From Candidatus Poribacteria bacterium (lineage in GTDB: Bacteria > Poribacteria > WGA-4E > WGA-3G): 64,000 bases of DNA. Shown piece after piece: positions 41,196 through 50,071 of the stretch. The stretch lies in NCBI GenBank assembly GCA_965242965.1, contig OZ251518.1, positions 1,280,001-1,344,000 of the forward strand. Direction: 5' to 3'. Each line of letters begins with the position of its first letter. Positions within the stretch are counted from its first letter, which is position 1. Made by a program: the position numbers and the translations under genes. The notes beneath the pieces are model-generated. The model worked only from the letters and a program-made list of their open reading frames with translations, had not been told where the DNA came from and searched no databases.

Positions 41196-42009
41196 GGAAA
41201 ACGTTGTACTCAAGCAGAAGCCGGGCGAGTTCCTCTCCATCAATGAGGCCAACGATCCGAAAGCCTTCCTCAGGGTTTTTTGCTGATGATTCTGCAGCCT
41301 CTTTAGCACGTTTGCTAAACCCCGAGGTGGCGACAAAAATGCCCATCCTTGCATCTCGCAATTTTAAGGCATTCTTGAAGTTGTCAATAGCCGTGTTTGA
41401 GACGTTTATTTGCTGACGTTTCGTTTGGATACAAACCTCATAGATGCCGAGCCTATGATCCTTAACGATTCCGTCAATACCACCGTCCCCAACGCGCCCC
41501 ACGTGTTCTCCGGTGCCATATCCCATTTTACTGATAAGATCGACAACCAGTTGTTCAAAAACAGTGGGATCCATTTGCCGGAGTTCTTGTAGCAACGCTT
41601 CCTCCAACGTCTTTCGGATTCCTTGATACGGTTTTTCAACAGGAACCGGGGGATCGGAATCTAGCACAGGCTCGGAATTCGGTGGGCGCGGTGTAGTTGG
41701 GGAGAGACAGTACGGTTTCCCCTTGCCATTCGGCTGCACTAACTCCCCTTCTCTTAAGAGGTTTTGAAACGCGGGGTGTACAACCCTATAGAGAAAAACG
41801 GTGCGCCCGGAACGGAACTCTGCTCTTCGCTGTCCATCAGTGAGCTGCAAATTATCAGCTAATGTATCTACTGTATCCTTCATCCGAATTCCCTCGGGCG
41901 GAAATTCAAGTTCAAGAATCGCGTTTTTGACTTCTTCAGGTGCAGGCATTTCTATCTCGTACTTTTGTTCCGTTTCAGGATCCAAAGCCCGTCGCTTTAC
42001 TGTCTGCAT
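41188..42009 (-). CDS. Mrr-family restriction endonuclease
   Basis: FEQLVVDL..KMGYG, GDGGIDG, IQTKR, GIFVATSGF, LIDGEEL. Confidence 0.85.
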   Translation of the reverse strand: MQTVKRRALDPETEQKYEIEMPAPEEVKNAILELEFPPEGIRMKDTVDTLADNLQLTDGQRRAEFRSGRTVFLYRVVHPAFQNLLREGELVQPNGKGKPYCLSPTTPRPPNSEPVLDSDPPVPVEKPYQGIRKTLEEALLQELRQMDPTVFEQLVVDLISKMGYGTGEHVGRVGDGGIDGIVKDHRLGIYEVCIQTKRQQINVSNTAIDNFKNALKLRDARMGIFVATSGFSKRAKEAAESSAKNPEEGFRIVGLIDGEELARLLLEYNVFHG

Positions 42010-42128
42010 AAAATACCTCCATTTTAGCGCGATGTGGTGCAGGAATCAGAATCCCGCGCCACATCGAAATTCGGCGGGAGCGTAGTTCGCGCTGCCCGCA
42101 TTTCTCGGTTTTGATCCGAATTAGCCGC
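42006..42128 (-). repeat. Structured intergenic leader, copy 2 of 2
   Basis: See 41066-41195. Confidence 0.75.
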
Positions 42129-42141
42129 GATTAGGCGGTTT

Positions 42142-42456
42142 TCAATCGTGCCAATAGGGCGGAGGCGGCACAATGCCCGCCAATACGTCAAGTCCCCGCT
42201 TCGTTATCCGCCAAGATCCGTAACCGGCCGATTCCACAAAACCTGCTTCTTTCAAGTCCTGTTTCGCCCAATTACAGCGATGATAAAACCGCTTCAGACC
42301 GGCTGGTAATCTTTCAGCTAACTCTTGAACAGTCAATGAATAATGACCTGCTAGAGCGTCCACAAAGTCCTTCGTCCGCCATATTCTGCTATCACCGAGC
42401 AGTTCAAGAAGAACAGGCTCAATTTCTCTACTCGTAGGCAATGAACTCACAGGCAT
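42142..42456 (-). CDS. Stand-alone Mrr N-terminal winged-helix protein
   Basis: Close paralog of the N-half of 36630..37151 (VSSLPT..EIEPVLL; RFYHRCNWA..DLK..GFV). Confidence 0.8.
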   Translation of the reverse strand: MPVSSLPTSREIEPVLLELLGDSRIWRTKDFVDALAGHYSLTVQELAERLPAGLKRFYHRCNWAKQDLKEAGFVESAGYGSWRITKRGLDVLAGIVPPPPYWHD

Positions 42457-42617
42457 TATCACATCTCCTCCCAATCAATTCAAAATATGTCCATAATATA
42501 CCATATTTCCACTTTTTCTGTCAAACTAATTTTTCCGATGAAAAAAGACTTGCTATCCTCAAAACCTTATAGTATCCTTAAGAACGGTTTGCAGAGCTCT
42601 TTTGGAGGATACCAAAC

Positions 42618-43454
42618 ATGAACGAAGAACTTTTTGTGAGTCAAGAATGGACACCTGTCAACGGATGGACATCCGGAATTGAAGGACCGGCGTGCGATGC
42701 AGAAGGAAATCTATACGCCGTTAATTACGCTCGACAACACACCATCGGCAAGGTAACGCCGCAAGGCGAGGAGAGCGTTTTCGTTGAACTGCCCAACGGA
42801 AGCATCGGCAACGGCATCCGTTTTAATAGCGAAGGCTTCATGTTCATCGCCGATTATACCAACCACAACGTGCTGAAAGTGGACATGGAGACGCGAGAAA
42901 TCAGCGTCTACGCGCACGAACCCAACATGAATCAACCAAATGACTTGGGTATCGGCGCGAACGACATCCTCTACGCCAGCGATCCGAATTGGAGCGAATC
43001 CACCGGACAACTCTGGCGCGTGGATACAGATGGCAGCGTGACGTTGCTTGAAGCGGACATGGGCACCACAAACGGCATTGAAGTCAGTCCCGATGAACGG
43101 ACGCTCTATGTCAACGAATCGGTGCAACGCAATGTTTGGGCGTATGATTTGTCTGCGAACGGGGAAATCAGCAACAAGCGGTTGCTCATCCAATTCCCCG
43201 ATTTCAACATGGATGGAATGCGGTGCGATGTCGCGGGAAATCTCTACGTTACTCGGCACGGGAAAGGCACGGTGGCGAAACTCTCGCCTGATGGAGAAGT
43301 GCTGTTGGAGGTAGAATTAATAGGCAAACTTTGCACCAACATCGCTTTTGGTGGGCGTGATGGATGCACATGCTACGTCACGATGGCGGACCGGGGGAAT
43401 ATAGAGACGTTCCGCGTCGATTTGCCCGGCAGGAGTTGGCAGTTATTGCAATAA
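42618..43454 (+). CDS. SMP-30/gluconolactonase/LRE family protein
   Basis: EGP, PND, NGI..SPD..TLYV, DGM..D..GNLY, TNIAFGG. Confidence 0.9.
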   Translation: MNEELFVSQEWTPVNGWTSGIEGPACDAEGNLYAVNYARQHTIGKVTPQGEESVFVELPNGSIGNGIRFNSEGFMFIADYTNHNVLKVDMETREISVYAHEPNMNQPNDLGIGANDILYASDPNWSESTGQLWRVDTDGSVTLLEADMGTTNGIEVSPDERTLYVNESVQRNVWAYDLSANGEISNKRLLIQFPDFNMDGMRCDVAGNLYVTRHGKGTVAKLSPDGEVLLEVELIGKLCTNIAFGGRDGCTCYVTMADRGNIETFRVDLPGRSWQLLQ

Positions 43455-43465
43455 TGCGCATCTAG

Positions 43466-43640
43466 TCGTAGGGCGAGGGCCTGTCCCTCGCGATGCCTCG
43501 CGCACGCCAACGATCGCGGGGGACAGGCCCCCGCACTACGGGAAAAAAACGCCTCGCGTTACCGTAGGGCGAGGGACAGGCCCTCGCCAGCGTTTCGCGC
43601 ACTCCAACGATCGCGGGGGACAGGCCCCCGCGCTACGGTA
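43466..43640. repeat. REP-like doublets
   Basis: Two inverted GTAG...CTAC hairpin pairs. Confidence 0.8.
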
Positions 43641-43685
43641 AAAAAAACGGCGTGCGTTACCCATGCCTCGGTTAAAAAAATAAAC

Positions 43686-43715
43686 TTGACAAATGCACGC
43701 GATTTTTGCTATTAT
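43686..43715 (+). promoter_or_regulatory. Sigma70-like promoter
   Basis: TTGACA-18 nt-TATTAT with TG. Confidence 0.6.
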
Positions 43716-43745
43716 ATCCTCATACAATTCTAACGGAGGAAAATT

Positions 43746-44528
43746 ATGAAACAGTTAGCTCTGATTTTAATTCTCGCTGTGGCTTGCAGCACTTACGCAG
43801 CCGCAGATTTACTCGAAGGCCTCGTGCTTTACATGCCGCTTGACGAAGGCAACGGCAAAAGCACCGAAGACTTCTCGGAAAACGGGTTCACCGGCGAACT
43901 CAACGGCGGCGCGAAATGGGTAGATGGCAAATTCGGGAAGGCACTCGAATTCAGTGCCTCTTCCGATTTTGTCGCCGTTGAAGATGACGCGGCGTTTCAC
44001 ATCGAAGATGAAATCACGCAAGCGGCGTGGATTAACCTCGACAGACTGCCGAGCGCGCATGCCATTGTCTTCGGCACACGCATGGGCGGCGGCGGTAGAC
44101 ACATCGGCTTCGGATACGGTATGAACCCCGGAAACGGCATTAAGGTCTGGACGAACGGTGCCGGCGGCGGGTTCTTGGACATCAATGATAACAAAACCGC
44201 TCTGGATACCGGCAAGTGGTATTACCTCGCCTACACCCACACCTCGGATAACAAGGGGTTGGTGGAAATTTACGTTGATGGCAAAGTAACGCACTCGCAG
44301 GATTCCAACAATCCTGTCGCGCCCGCGGGGGCGACGAGTCAAATCCAGATCGGCACCTGGTCTGGCGAAGCGTGGCCCGGTATCGTTGATGAGGTTCGCC
44401 TCTGGAATCGTGCCCTCTCCGCTGACGAAGTGAAAGAGAGCATGGAACTCGGAATGGCAGAGTTCTTGGCTGTCGATCCGCAGGATAAGCTTGCCACTTC
44501 GTGGGGCAAAATCAAGCGGTTGCGTTAG
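43746..44528 (+). CDS. Secreted LamG domain protein
   Basis: Signal peptide; WVDGKFGKALEF, IYVDG, GIVDEVRLWNRALS; tail AVDPQDKLATSWGKIK. Confidence 0.9.
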   Translation: MKQLALILILAVACSTYAAADLLEGLVLYMPLDEGNGKSTEDFSENGFTGELNGGAKWVDGKFGKALEFSASSDFVAVEDDAAFHIEDEITQAAWINLDRLPSAHAIVFGTRMGGGGRHIGFGYGMNPGNGIKVWTNGAGGGFLDINDNKTALDTGKWYYLAYTHTSDNKGLVEIYVDGKVTHSQDSNNPVAPAGATSQIQIGTWSGEAWPGIVDEVRLWNRALSADEVKESMELGMAEFLAVDPQDKLATSWGKIKRLR

Positions 44529-44550
44529 GGGGTTTTCCGCCGCCCAATCC

Positions 44551-45614
44551 ACCGTAGGAGAGACCTCCCGGTCTCGATTTCTGCCGCCGGGCGCGCATTG
44601 GGCCCACCTCTGTAGTTCGGGAGCGCCCGCTCCCGAACGGGTCAGGATCAGGCGATCCTGACCTACAGAGGTGAGGAGGTCTGACTCTCCTACGGCGCGC
44701 CATCGGACATTCGCGAGAATCAAGACCGGGAGGGCTCTCCTACGGGACGCTCGCGGGGGAAACCCGCTCGGATGCGCGTGTGGCATCCGAGGGCCCCCGC
44801 GCTACGGTAGCGTGAGGGTTTCTTCACAGCAGAACGGCCCCCCTTCATCGTAGGGCGAGGGCCTGTCCCTCGCCATGCTCAGGTCTATCAAACACCTCTT
44901 TTAGGTCCGTAGGACCTGAATGTCTATAGAAAACGTGCCGCACCCTAGCAAGGTCCGTAGGACCTTAATAAGGTTTATAGTGTTGCATTGAGACCGGGAG
45001 GGCTCGCCTACCGGAAGAAATTGAGACCGGGAAGTCTCTCCTAATGGGGAAACGAAATTGTTCAGGGGGGGCACGAAACCATTTTGACAACAACGAGTTA
45101 TGGATGCCTCTTTAGGTCCTTTAGGTCCTACATGTCTATAGCAGCACGTGTCGTTACGTTTTCAAGGGCCTTTAGGTCCTTAATAAAAACCACGCCGCAT
45201 CTCAAAATCTATTAAGGACCTAAAGGACCTTAGTGTTCTTCGCGATTGCGCGTGCTATAGACATTAAGGTCCTACGGACCTAAAAGACGTTTTTTCCATA
45301 GCGCGAACGATGGCGAGGGACAGGCCCTCGCCCTACGGTGAAGGGGACTGTTTTTTTTCCCGTAGCGCGGGGGGCCTCGGAGGTTTCTATACGCGCATCC
45401 GAGTGGGTTTCCCCCGCGATCGCAGCATGGCGAGGGACAGGCCCTCGCCCTACGATGGAGGGACTGTTTTTTTTCCCGTAGCGCGGGGGCCTGTCCCCCG
45501 CGATCGCAGCATGGCGAGGGACAGGCCCTCGCCCTACGTGAAGGGGAAGCGTTTTTTTCACCGCAGCGCGGGGCATGTCACCGCAACGTTGAGCGATTGA
45601 TGAAACACCCGCAT
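44551..45614. repeat. Large composite REP-like cluster ending in TGATGAAACACCCGCAT
   Basis: At least five hairpin types and AGGACC elements. Confidence 0.85.
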
Positions 45615-45640
45615 ATAATTGCAAAAGCAGAGAAACTTGA

Positions 45641-46198
45641 ATGAAACCTTACCAATCCATCTTAAAACGGCTAGAAAAAACGGCAAAACAGTATACCAAC
45701 ATCGCACCGGAGAACGGACAATTTCTCGCCATCCTGCTCCGCTCAATTCAGGCGAAAAACGTGCTTGAAGTCGGCACTAGCAACGGCTATTCCACGATTT
45801 GGCTCGCCGCCGCGTTGAAAGATACAGGCGGCAAACTGGTGACGCTGGAGTTTGACCCGGGACGCGCGGAGATGGCTCGCGCACACCTCGCTGAAGCGGA
45901 ACTTGATGACGTTGTGGAGATTCGCATCGGCAACGCGCTGGACGAAATCCCAAAGTGCGCGGGCCCGTTCGATCTGGTATTCCTCGATGCCGAGAAAGGC
46001 GAGTATCGACGGTATCTGGAATTGGCACTGCCGAATATCCGTTCCGGCGGCCTCATCGTCGCTGATGACACCGTCACCATGCGCGATGAAATGCCGGATT
46101 ACGTGGAGTTTGTTTTCAATACACCTCTCCTGCATTCCGTCGATATTCCTTTGGACGATGGCGTAATTCTGAGTTACAAAACTTCTTGCACCCCGTAG
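45641..46198 (+). CDS. O-methyltransferase (caffeoyl-CoA/YrrM-like)
   Basis: VLEVGTSNGYSTIW, FDLVFLDAEK, GGLIVAD. Confidence 0.9.
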   Translation: MKPYQSILKRLEKTAKQYTNIAPENGQFLAILLRSIQAKNVLEVGTSNGYSTIWLAAALKDTGGKLVTLEFDPGRAEMARAHLAEAELDDVVEIRIGNALDEIPKCAGPFDLVFLDAEKGEYRRYLELALPNIRSGGLIVADDTVTMRDEMPDYVEFVFNTPLLHSVDIPLDDGVILSYKTSCTP

Positions 46199-46239
46199 GC
46201 GCGGTTTCAAACCGCACTTAAAAGGACCCTTAACTTCTC

Positions 46240-47415
46240 GTGAAATCCAAACTTTCAGACAAATCCATTCGCTTTACCGAATCCGTTATCCGCGAGATGA
46301 CGCGGCGCTGCTTGCAACACGATGCAATTAACCTCTCGCAAGGCACCCCTGCATACCATCCACCGGACGAGGTAAAAGCGGCAGCAGTCGCGGCGATTTA
46401 TGAAGGATATAACCAATATAGCATCACGTGGGGTGAACCTGAATTTCGCGAGGCGATTGCGCGCAAAATGACGACGTTTAACCGCATCCCCACCGATGCC
46501 ACTGCCAACGTCACCGTCACGTGCGGTTCGACTGAGGGTATGCTCTCCGCGCTCCTCGCGATTATCAACCCCGGCGACGAGGTAATCATCTTTGAACCGT
46601 TTTATGAGAATTACGGGCCCGATACCATCATCTCCGGCGCGACACCTGTCTATGTGCCGTTGCGAGAGACGCGCGCCTCCAACTTCACTTACGATACCAC
46701 CGAACTCAGAAACGCCTTCTCTGCCAACACGAAGGCGATTATCCTGAACACGCCGCACAATCCCCTCGGCAAGGTATTTACGCAGGACGAACTGCAACAG
46801 ATTGCGGATTTGTGTTGTGAATACGACTGCCTCGCCATCACCGATGAAATTTACGAGCAGATGATTTACGATGGCAACTCGCACATCAGCATCGGTTCTT
46901 TGCCGATGATGCAGGCGCGCACGATTACCATCTCCGGATTAAGCAAGATCTATTCGATGACAGGTTGGCGGTTGGGCTACGTTATCGCGCCTGAACCGCT
47001 GACAGCGGCTATCCGGAAAATGCACGATTTTTTGACAGTCGGCGCGCCGCATCCACTGCAACGCGCCGGCATCGCCGCCCTCAATTTGCCCCAGAGTTAT
47101 TATCAAGAACTCGTCGCAAAATATGATAAGAACCGTCGGCAATTCGCGAGTGTCCTGATGGAGGCGGGGTTTCGGTGTCAACCGCCTGCGGGTGCGTATT
47201 ACATCATGACAGACATCGCCGATTTCGGTTTCCCTGATGACGTGACGTTTGCGCATTGGCTGGTAGAGGAGATTGGCGTGGGCGGCGTGCCAGGCTCTAG
47301 TTTCTATAGCCGCCCAGAACTCGGCAAGACGAAGTTACGGTTTATGTTCAGCATGGCAGAAGAACGGCTCGCCGAGGCCGGCGAACGGCTCATGCAGGTT
47401 AAAGCGAGGATTTGA
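46240..47415 (+). CDS. Class I/II PLP aminotransferase
   Basis: INLSQG, NTPHNPLG, DEIY, SKIYSMTGWRLG. Confidence 0.92.
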   Translation: MKSKLSDKSIRFTESVIREMTRRCLQHDAINLSQGTPAYHPPDEVKAAAVAAIYEGYNQYSITWGEPEFREAIARKMTTFNRIPTDATANVTVTCGSTEGMLSALLAIINPGDEVIIFEPFYENYGPDTIISGATPVYVPLRETRASNFTYDTTELRNAFSANTKAIILNTPHNPLGKVFTQDELQQIADLCCEYDCLAITDEIYEQMIYDGNSHISIGSLPMMQARTITISGLSKIYSMTGWRLGYVIAPEPLTAAIRKMHDFLTVGAPHPLQRAGIAALNLPQSYYQELVAKYDKNRRQFASVLMEAGFRCQPPAGAYYIMTDIADFGFPDDVTFAHWLVEEIGVGGVPGSSFYSRPELGKTKLRFMFSMAEERLAEAGERLMQVKARI

Positions 47416-47477
47416 GGATGACGCTTTTGTAAAGGCGGATGCCTCTCTCCAAAGGAGACACCGATAGAGAATTCATC

Positions 47478-49010
47478 ATGGCAAACATTCCCCAACTCAA
47501 CTCTCTTCACTACGGCGATAATCTTCACATTATGCGCGCGTGGCCGGAACGCCTCGTGGACATCGTCTACGGAGATCCGCCGTTTAATTCCAAGCAGAAA
47601 TATCATCAACTTTACAGAATCGAGACCGGGAGGTCTCTCCTACCGGGAGACAACAAAGGCACGCGGTCTGCTTCTCTCAAAGCGTTCGATGATTCGTGGT
47701 TTTGGACACCCGCCGCGCACCAACGCGTGGAAGAACTTATCTCAATGTCCGCGCTCCCTATCCACAAAACGATCGAAGGGCTCTACACGATGCTCGGCGA
47801 TTGCGGACAGATGGCATACCTGAGTTACATGGCACTCCGCATCCTTGAGATGCATCGGCTTTTGAAGGATAACGGCAGTCTCTACCTCCACTGCGATATG
47901 ACGACGAGCCACTACATCAAACCCGTTCTGGACAGCATCTTCGGGCCAAAGATGTTTCGGAACGAGATTATCTGGAGTTACCATCGATTTTCGCGAAACT
48001 CCCGCAAGCAGTTCGCGCGCATGAACGACTCCATCTTCTTCTATTCCAAATCGGAAGATGGGAACACCTTCAACTTCCAGTATATCGAACCTCGCGATAC
48101 CACTCGGTACCAGAAAGGATATCACACCGCGTCAGACAAAGGTGTCAAAAAGTTGCTGGTGTATGACATGGAGAAGGTGAAGCAGGCGGGGGTAGATCTT
48201 GCCAAATACGGTAAGGTTGTGCAGACGCAAGCGCAACGCCCGCTGATGGGGCAAGTCTGGAACGACATTCCGATTCTCAATTCGCAGTCGAAGGAGCGGC
48301 TCGGCTATGATACCCAGAAGCCGCTCGCCTTGCTGGAGCGGATTATCAAAGCCTCTAGCAACGCAGGCGATGTTGTATTGGATCCGTTCTGTGGTTGTGG
48401 CACCACGATAGCGGCCGCACACAACCTCGGTCGGAAGTGGCTCGGCATCGATCTGAATCCGAGTGTGCTTGATGTCATCGTGAGTCAACGTCTCAAGGGG
48501 CATAAGGTGCCGATTACGGGTATCCCTGCGGATTTCGCCAGCGCGAGCCGCCTTGCCACCGATAACCGTCGCCATTTTGAGATATGGGCACTCAATCTGA
48601 TAGACGGCCTCGCGCCGAATGAGATGGGCGGTGCCGATGGCGGTATTGATGGCAAAGGTAACCCTGTCGAAAGCCCTGAGGGGGATTACAAAAAACTCAT
48701 CCTTGGGCAAGTCAAAAGCGGGAAGTATTCGCTCAGTCAACTCCGCGATTTCCTCGGCGTTGTGCAGAGTGAAAACGCCGTGATGGGTATCTATATCACG
48801 CTGGAGGCGTTGACACCCGTTGCGAAAAGAAACGCGGAGACGCTTCTGAGCAAGTTCGGCGAAGTCCAGATCGGGACAGAGGTTTTTCCACGCATCCAAC
48901 TCTTTTCCGTTGAGGCGTATTTTCGGGAGGGCAAACTTCCGCGCATGCCGCACATGAAGAATCCGTATACGGGGAAGCCTTATGAGCGGACGCTGCCGCT
49001 CGGTTTATAG
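47478..49010 (+). CDS. Beta-class DNA methyltransferase fused to Mrr-like domain (start 47439 or 47478)
   Basis: DPPFNS, YDTQKP, DPFCGCGTT; DGGIDG...GQVKSG; tail NPYTGKP. Confidence 0.88.
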   Translation: MANIPQLNSLHYGDNLHIMRAWPERLVDIVYGDPPFNSKQKYHQLYRIETGRSLLPGDNKGTRSASLKAFDDSWFWTPAAHQRVEELISMSALPIHKTIEGLYTMLGDCGQMAYLSYMALRILEMHRLLKDNGSLYLHCDMTTSHYIKPVLDSIFGPKMFRNEIIWSYHRFSRNSRKQFARMNDSIFFYSKSEDGNTFNFQYIEPRDTTRYQKGYHTASDKGVKKLLVYDMEKVKQAGVDLAKYGKVVQTQAQRPLMGQVWNDIPILNSQSKERLGYDTQKPLALLERIIKASSNAGDVVLDPFCGCGTTIAAAHNLGRKWLGIDLNPSVLDVIVSQRLKGHKVPITGIPADFASASRLATDNRRHFEIWALNLIDGLAPNEMGGADGGIDGKGNPVESPEGDYKKLILGQVKSGKYSLSQLRDFLGVVQSENAVMGIYITLEALTPVAKRNAETLLSKFGEVQIGTEVFPRIQLFSVEAYFREGKLPRMPHMKNPYTGKPYERTLPLGL

Positions 49011-49013
49011 GGC

Positions 49014-49042
49014 TTGACAAAAGCGCGGGTAAATGTTATATT
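49014..49042 (+). promoter_or_regulatory. Sigma70-like promoter abutting the repeat element
   Basis: TTGACA-17 nt-TATATT with TG. Confidence 0.6.
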
Positions 49043-49043
49043 A

Positions 49044-49821
49044 ATGAGGGTGTTTCATAAATCGGTGCGTTCGGTAGGAGAGCCCTTCTGGTCTCGATGC
49101 GTTTGGTAGGAGAGACCTCTGGTCTCGATGTGCCCGTAGCGCGGGGGCCTGTCCCCCGCGATCGCCATCGTCACGATGTGTGTCTCCACCTCTGTAGTTC
49201 GGGAGCGCCTGCTCCCGAACGGGTCAGGATCGGGCGATCCTGACCTACAGGGCCTGGCGCATGAACGATGGCGAGGGACAGGCCCTCGCCCTACGATGAA
49301 GAGGGCCGTTTTTCGACTCAGAAACCCTCCCGTTATCGTAGCGCGGGGGCACTCGGATGCCATGCGCGCATCCGAGCGGGTTTCCCCCGCGAGCTTCCGG
49401 TAGACCGCAGCATGGCGAGGGACAGGCCCTCGCCCTACGATGAAGAGGGCCGTTTTTCGACTCAGAAACCCTCCCATTACCGTAGCGCGGGGGCCTGTCC
49501 CCCGCGATCGTTGGAGTGCGCGGACGATGGCGAGGGACAGGCCCTCGCCCTACGATGAAGGGGGCCGTTTTTCGACTCAGAAACCCTCCCGGTACCGTAG
49601 CGCGGGGGCCTGTCCCCCGCGATCGTTGGAGTGCGCGGACGATGGCGTGGAACAGGTTTTCCCACCGCCCTACGATGAAGGGGCTTTCTGCCGCCTATTG
49701 CATCGAGACCGGGAGGTCTCTCCTACGGGGACATCAAGACTAGGAGGTCTCTCCTACCGGGGATGCATCGAGACCGGGAGGTCTCTCCTACGGGAGAAAA
49801 CGAATTATGAAACACCCGCAT
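49044..49821. mobile_element. Non-coding MITE-like composite element filled with REP-like hairpins
   Basis: Terminal IR ATGAGGGTGTTTCATAA (49044-49060) / TTATGAAACACCCGCAT (49805-49821), 1 mismatch; no transposase, no clear target duplication. Confidence 0.6.
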
Positions 49822-49852
49822 TTTAACAACAAACGTTCCCAAAGGAGGAACC

Positions 49853-50071
49853 ATGGACACTCCCCTTGAAAACGAAACGTTGAACATCTACAAAACCGAA
49901 GTTGAAGCGTTGCTTCAGCGAAACGAAAAATACCAGACGCTAGGAACGGCGGAATACGCCGCTGTCGTCCGCGCGTTTGAGTTTACATTGGCGCACGGAC
50001 GCGAAAGGGTGCGGGCGCAAATGCTTTACGATATGCTCCATGAAAATCGGGAAGACTCCAATGCAACTTGA
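49853..50071 (+). CDS. Small hypothetical helical protein overlapping the SMC-like gene
   Basis: Strong AAGGAGG RBS; overlaps the next start. Confidence 0.6.
   Translation: MDTPLENETLNIYKTEVEALLQRNEKYQTLGTAEYAAVVRAFEFTLAHGRERVRAQMLYDMLHENREDSNAT

Noticed and set aside
41066-42128. Integron attC sites between mrr genes
   Set aside because: No paired RYYYAAC/GTTRRRY core boxes and no integrase seen
43809-44786. Long antisense ORFs such as this 325-aa one, 7262..7930, 48132..48953 and 54760..55566
   Set aside because: Shadow frames opposite well-supported genes, with no recognisable motifs
49055-49826. Short ORFs with ARGPVPR / GTGPRAT / DREVSPT peptides (also near 18000-19100, 33300-33790, 44500-45600, 57000-57660)
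   Set aside because: Translations of GC-rich repeats lacking stops; no RBS or domain signal
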